A stretch of 64,000 nt of DNA from positions 5,440,001 to 5,504,000 of the forward strand of contig OY761158.1 in the NCBI GenBank assembly GCA_963664405.1, in the 5' to 3' direction. Position 1 is the first letter of the stretch. Every line of letters begins with the position of its first letter. The notes beneath the pieces were generated by a model. That model was not told where the DNA came from. It made no database searches and saw only the letters and a program-made list of their open reading frames with translations. The DNA comes from Thermoanaerobaculia bacterium. GTDB taxonomy: Bacteria > Acidobacteriota > Thermoanaerobaculia > Multivoradales > Multivoraceae. A program made the position numbers and the translations under genes. This document shows positions 59,642-64,000 of this stretch, piece after piece.

Positions 59642-61972
59642 ATGCGCATCGAGACCCTCGTTAATCTACAGTTTCGCTATCGGCGGTGGCTGCTGAGTGG
59701 ACTCGCCGCCTTGGCCGTTGTGGCTACTCTCGGCGCTCTCGATCTACGCTTCGACTTCAGTCCTCAGCGTGTTTTTGTGTCGAATAGTCCCGAGTACGTC
59801 TTTCTCGAGCGTATCCATGAGGTATTCGGTCGCGACGACACGCGGGTGGCGGTCCATCTCTACTCGGAAGAGCTGTGGACGGAAGAGTCGCTGCGCTTCT
59901 TGGCTACTCTCGAGAAGGAGCTCTCCGCCCTCGACGGAGTAGCCGAGGTTGCCGGTCCGATGGCAGCTCCAGTCGCCGTTGCCGATGGGAGAGGTGTCGT
60001 GGCCTTGTCCCAGGTCGGGGAAGGGGACCCCGAGGAGATGCGGCGCGCCGCCCTGTCCCAGCCCCTCATCCACGGCCGGCTAGTCTCCGCCGACGGCGGG
60101 GCTTTCCTGGTGTCGGTCCGGGTGGCTGACGAGCGAATGGGCTACCGAGACCTGGTTCCGGTGGTCGATGGCATCTTCGCCGTTCTGGACAGAGTGCCCA
60201 GACCTTCGGGCCTCAGTGTCGGAGTGGTTGGCATCCCGGTGGCTCGGGTGCGCCTGGTCGGGCGCCTGATCGAGGATCAGCTCACCTACCTCCCGATCTG
60301 CGTCGTGGTTTTCTTCTTCGTGCTCTGGTTCCTTTTTCGGGACCCTCGGGCGGTGGCCTTGCTTCTTTGTGCGGTGCTTCTATCGCTGCTGTACGCCGCC
60401 GGTGTCATGGGGGCACTGGGAGAAGAGATCGACATCGTCAACAATGTAGTGCCCACCCTGCTCTTCGTTATCGGCGTGTCGGACGGCATTCATCTGGTTT
60501 CCCGTTATCGCCAGGAGCTTGGCCGCGGCGCCGATAAGTGGCGCGCTCTCCAGAGAACCTGTGTTCATCTGAGTGTGGCCTGTTTCCTGACCAGCGTTAC
60601 AACTGCCGTGGGCTTCGCCAGCCTAGCGATCGGCCGACTCGACATCCTCAGACGATTCGGCTTGTTTGCAGCGGCCGGCGTGCTCATCGCCTACGTCGTC
60701 ACCGTGGTGTTGGTGCCGCTGGTGCTGAGTCATATGCGACCCGTTCTTGGCCGCTCGTCCCGGCAGGCGAATCGAATTGCCGAGCTCTGGGCTTCCCGGC
60801 TGGCAGACTTCACCTGGGAGAACCGGGTCGCGATCCTGATCGTCGGCCTGTTTGTTTTGGTGGGTGGAGCGATCTTGGGTACCCGGGTGGAAGTGGAGAA
60901 TCGGCTCTTCGAGTCTTTTCCGCCGGGCGACCCTTTGGTCTCAGCGAATCGTCGTTTGGAGCAGGATTTTCCGGGAGTCGTACCGTTCAGCGTGGTGGTG
61001 TCATGGGATCAGGGAGTCGACGTCCTCGATCCGACTGTCTCGAGCTATCTCACCGAGTTGAGCGACTTCCTCCGCGGGCTCGAGAGCATGGGAGGCGTAC
61101 TCTCGCCCTTGGACCTCATTGCCGAAGCGAACGTCTACCGCCATGGTGGCGATCCCTCGTGGCGCCGGCTACCCAACGACGCAACCGAGGCTCGGACTCT
61201 TCTCGACTTCCTGCGGATGGGGCTGCGACTGCAGGGCCAGGAGGCGCTTCTCGACAGTCTCTATCGGCCAGAGGAAAGACTGCTGCGGGTGAGCGGCCTG
61301 ACCGGCGACATCGGAAGCCGCGCCATTGCCTCTATTGCCGAAGAAGTGGAGGCACGGCTGGAGGCGGACAGCGCTGTGCAACGACGCTTAGGCATCGAGT
61401 GTCGGCTCAGCGGAGATGGCCCGGTGGGTAGCGCCGCGGTCGACCGGCTGATCGGAGACATGGCGCGCAGCCTGGTAGTGGCCTTCGTCTTCATATTTCT
61501 GGTGATGATCCCGGTACTTCGATCTCTGCGCGCCGCCGTTGTAAGCATGATCCCGAACGTATTTCCTCTGGTTCTCACCCTTGGCATCATGGGTGCCTTC
61601 GGCATGGATCTTCAGGTCCCCACCATCATTGTCTTCTCCGTAGCCCTCGGTCTCGCGGTGGACGACACCATTCATTTCTTGGTGCGCTTCCGTGAAGAGC
61701 TGCGCGGCGAGCCGGACCTCGGCAGCGACGACTCTTACCGACAGGCCATCGAGCGCACCTTCCGCGGTACCGGTCAGGCGATCTTCGCGACTTCCGTACT
61801 TCTGGCCACCGGCTATTCTGTGCTGCTCCTCAGTAGCTTTCCAATCACCCGCAAGTTCGGCGTTGGCATGCTGCTGACGGTGATCGGCGCCCTGCTCGGC
61901 GATCTCTTCCTACTGCCCGCCTGCCTCGCGGTCTGGAGGCCCTTCCGTCGGAGCAGCCCTCGAAGAGGCTAG
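59642..61972 (+). CDS. MMPL/RND family transporter
   Basis: GVSDGIH and GLAVDDTIH duplicated motifs. Confidence 0.88.
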   Translation: MRIETLVNLQFRYRRWLLSGLAALAVVATLGALDLRFDFSPQRVFVSNSPEYVFLERIHEVFGRDDTRVAVHLYSEELWTEESLRFLATLEKELSALDGVAEVAGPMAAPVAVADGRGVVALSQVGEGDPEEMRRAALSQPLIHGRLVSADGGAFLVSVRVADERMGYRDLVPVVDGIFAVLDRVPRPSGLSVGVVGIPVARVRLVGRLIEDQLTYLPICVVVFFFVLWFLFRDPRAVALLLCAVLLSLLYAAGVMGALGEEIDIVNNVVPTLLFVIGVSDGIHLVSRYRQELGRGADKWRALQRTCVHLSVACFLTSVTTAVGFASLAIGRLDILRRFGLFAAAGVLIAYVVTVVLVPLVLSHMRPVLGRSSRQANRIAELWASRLADFTWENRVAILIVGLFVLVGGAILGTRVEVENRLFESFPPGDPLVSANRRLEQDFPGVVPFSVVVSWDQGVDVLDPTVSSYLTELSDFLRGLESMGGVLSPLDLIAEANVYRHGGDPSWRRLPNDATEARTLLDFLRMGLRLQGQEALLDSLYRPEERLLRVSGLTGDIGSRAIASIAEEVEARLEADSAVQRRLGIECRLSGDGPVGSAAVDRLIGDMARSLVVAFVFIFLVMIPVLRSLRAAVVSMIPNVFPLVLTLGIMGAFGMDLQVPTIIVFSVALGLAVDDTIHFLVRFREELRGEPDLGSDDSYRQAIERTFRGTGQAIFATSVLLATGYSVLLLSSFPITRKFGVGMLLTVIGALLGDLFLLPACLAVWRPFRRSSPRRG

Positions 61973-62012
61973 GCAGCGGGACCTCTGAGCCTAGGAGGTT
62001 CCGCTGATCTGT

Positions 62013-63068
62013 TCAGGCGTCCGGATCGCGCTCGCAGTCGAGGAAGTGAGGCTCGAATACCGAACCGACGAGAAGCCGGCTGCCCCAGGGCACCGCTACA
62101 CTGGCGCCGGAGAGGTCTTCCCCGAGGCTGAGAAAGACCGTTCGCACCGGTGGGTCGGCATTCTGGTCAGGGTCCACCCATAGCACTTCGGATGGAGAGT
62201 GCTTGGCTGCGTCCTTGGCATGCGAGACGAAGGTCATGAGCTTGGGGTGCGCGGCCATCCACAGCATGCCGTAGCGGTCGATGGTGATGTTGTCCAAGCC
62301 TGTGCCCAGATCCAAGGCTCCGTTCTCTTCCAGAGCGCCGGTCGCGAGATCTCTGACAAAGAAGTGAAGGCGGCCGCGTGTCGTTGCGGCGACGTAGAGC
62401 TCCCGCCCATCATTGCTGATGTTGATGCCGTTGGCGAAGGCGATGCCTCGAGCCGCGACCTCGAAGCCACTGCCGTCGTAATACACCACCGTAGCCGCGG
62501 GTCGTTGGAGGTAGTCTTCGAGGGCTCGACTCAGTCCACCCCGACTGCCGTGATCGTTGGTGGCATAGAACTGGCGAGGGCCAACCGCAAGCACGTCGTT
62601 CGGGCTGAGCAAGAGATCGTCCGAGATCGACTCTCTATGTACGAGGCTACTGTTGCTCCACTCGAAGATCTCTACGCCGTGGCCCGAAGAAGTGTGATTG
62701 ACCACGAAGAGAAAGACACCCTCGTCGCCTTCGTAGAGAGAGATTCCGTGTGGATGGAACTCGCCTGAGAACTCCGAGGTCAGGTTACGGAGGCTCCCGG
62801 GGGTCTCTAGGTCGTAGGCGAAGATGGCGCCTTGCTGTCGCCCTTCGGCGGCTGCTCCTCGTCGGTCGTCGGATGAGATGAAGGCCAATCTGTGGCGGCG
62901 AAAGAGAGCGATGTCTTCGGCTCCGGGCGCACCGGTCACTTGCAGACACTTGCCGACCGCTACCGGCTCGAGGATTTTGTACTCACCTGCCCGCTGCATC
63001 AGGTAGGAGACCCCGAGACCGGCGAGGAGCGCGAAGACGGCGAGGGTGACGATGACCGCCTTCAGCAT
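62013..63068 (-). CDS. Arylesterase/paraoxonase-like (SMP-30) protein
   Basis: GAEDI, PHGIS, PNDV, FANGI, DNI. Confidence 0.85.
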   Translation of the reverse strand: MLKAVIVTLAVFALLAGLGVSYLMQRAGEYKILEPVAVGKCLQVTGAPGAEDIALFRRHRLAFISSDDRRGAAAEGRQQGAIFAYDLETPGSLRNLTSEFSGEFHPHGISLYEGDEGVFLFVVNHTSSGHGVEIFEWSNSSLVHRESISDDLLLSPNDVLAVGPRQFYATNDHGSRGGLSRALEDYLQRPAATVVYYDGSGFEVAARGIAFANGINISNDGRELYVAATTRGRLHFFVRDLATGALEENGALDLGTGLDNITIDRYGMLWMAAHPKLMTFVSHAKDAAKHSPSEVLWVDPDQNADPPVRTVFLSLGEDLSGASVAVPWGSRLLVGSVFEPHFLDCERDPDA

Positions 63069-63141
63069 TGGAGGAAGGCTACCATTCGACCGGAGTGGCT
63101 CGGACTTCGATCCAGGGCCGCTCCGGCCTATGATGGGGGTG

Positions 63142-64000
63142 ATGAGCGATCTTCGCGTCTACGAACGATTCTCCGACGCTGTCGGTATGACGCCGATGGT
63201 GCGCCTTCGTCGCTCTATCTCGCCGCTCGAGTGTCAGGTTTACGCCAAGCTCGAGTTCCTCAACCCGATGGGAAGCATCAAAGACCGCATGGCCCGCTAT
63301 CTGGTCGAGAGGGCGATCGCAGAGGGTGACCTCGAGGCCGGGGGATGTCTGGTCGAGGCTTCGTCGGGCAACACTGCCATGGGGCTGGCGATGATGGCCG
63401 TTCAGGAGCGCCTGGAGTGCACGATGGTGGTGAGGGAAAAGACCAGCAAAGAGAAGCTCGATTGCCTCAGGGCCCTTGGCGTCGAGCTGGTCCTCGTCGA
63501 TGGCGATCTGCCGCCCGAGGATCCTCTCAGCTACAACCGCAGAGCTTTGCGGCTGGCCGCGGAGAGAGAGGGCTCCTACTTTCCCGACCAGCACAACAAC
63601 AGGGCCAACAACGAGGCCCACTACCTAAGCACCGGCCCGGAGATTTGGAGTCAGATGGAGGGACGGATCGATGTGTTGGTGGCTGGAATCGGCACCGGCG
63701 GAACGATCTCGGGTGTGGCTCGCTATCTGAAGGAGCGAGATCCCGCGGTCCGGGTGGTCGCTGTTGATATAGAAGGCTCTGTCTTCAGCGAGTACTACCA
63801 CAGCGGCGAAGTGGTGGAGCCGCGCCCTTACCTGGTAGAGGGCCTCGGCGACGAGGAAGTGATCGCCTGTCCGGAGTGGGATCTGATCGACGAGGTCCTC
63901 CAGGTCAGTGACCGAGAGGCTTTCATCGCAACTCGCCACTTGGCGCGGAGCGAAGCGATGTTGGCGGGTGGCTCGAGCGGCGCGGCGATATGGGGAGTCT
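63142..64000 (+). CDS. PLP-dependent cysteine synthase/cystathionine beta-synthase, runs off window
   Basis: Manual translation: KLEFLNPMGSIKDR, EASSGNT, GIGTGGT. Confidence 0.88.
   Translation, partial: MSDLRVYERFSDAVGMTPMVRLRRSISPLECQVYAKLEFLNPMGSIKDRMARYLVERAIAEGDLEAGGCLVEASSGNTAMGLAMMAVQERLECTMVVREKTSKEKLDCLRALGVELVLVDGDLPPEDPLSYNRRALRLAAEREGSYFPDQHNNRANNEAHYLSTGPEIWSQMEGRIDVLVAGIGTGGTISGVARYLKERDPAVRVVAVDIEGSVFSEYYHSGEVVEPRPYLVEGLGDEEVIACPEWDLIDEVLQVSDREAFIATRHLARSEAMLAGGSSGAAIWGV

Overview
GC-rich bacterial window, probably Acidobacteriota (inferred from kinase-TM-propeller paralogs, a GWxTD-like/VWA protein and an ADOP permease remnant). 1-16 kb is an accessory region of small genes and remnants, with a complete 4-ORF IS21 element (4194-7583, 5-bp TSD) inserted in a 109-bp palindromic tandem repeat. 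The main finding is at 16.0-35.4 kb: a catalytic-domain-only tyrosine recombinase followed by co-oriented cassette-like units (five Ser/Thr kinase-TM-beta-propeller genes, a cupin, a Coq4-like and a DUF3047 gene). These are delimited by 15 directly oriented 27-bp sites, TGTCGY-N4-CRCC-N7-RCGACA, often paired around a conserved 29-39 bp linker, and end near a tRNA-Sec 3' remnant. This looks like an integron-like, non-attC cassette system. An IS1111-type element sits inside one site, and its non-coding region has a 10-nt complement of the site arm. 35.6-64 kb is mostly ordinary metabolic, transport and signalling genes, plus a second IS1111-type element with readable target guides. Family assignments are from motif recognition; no searches were run.
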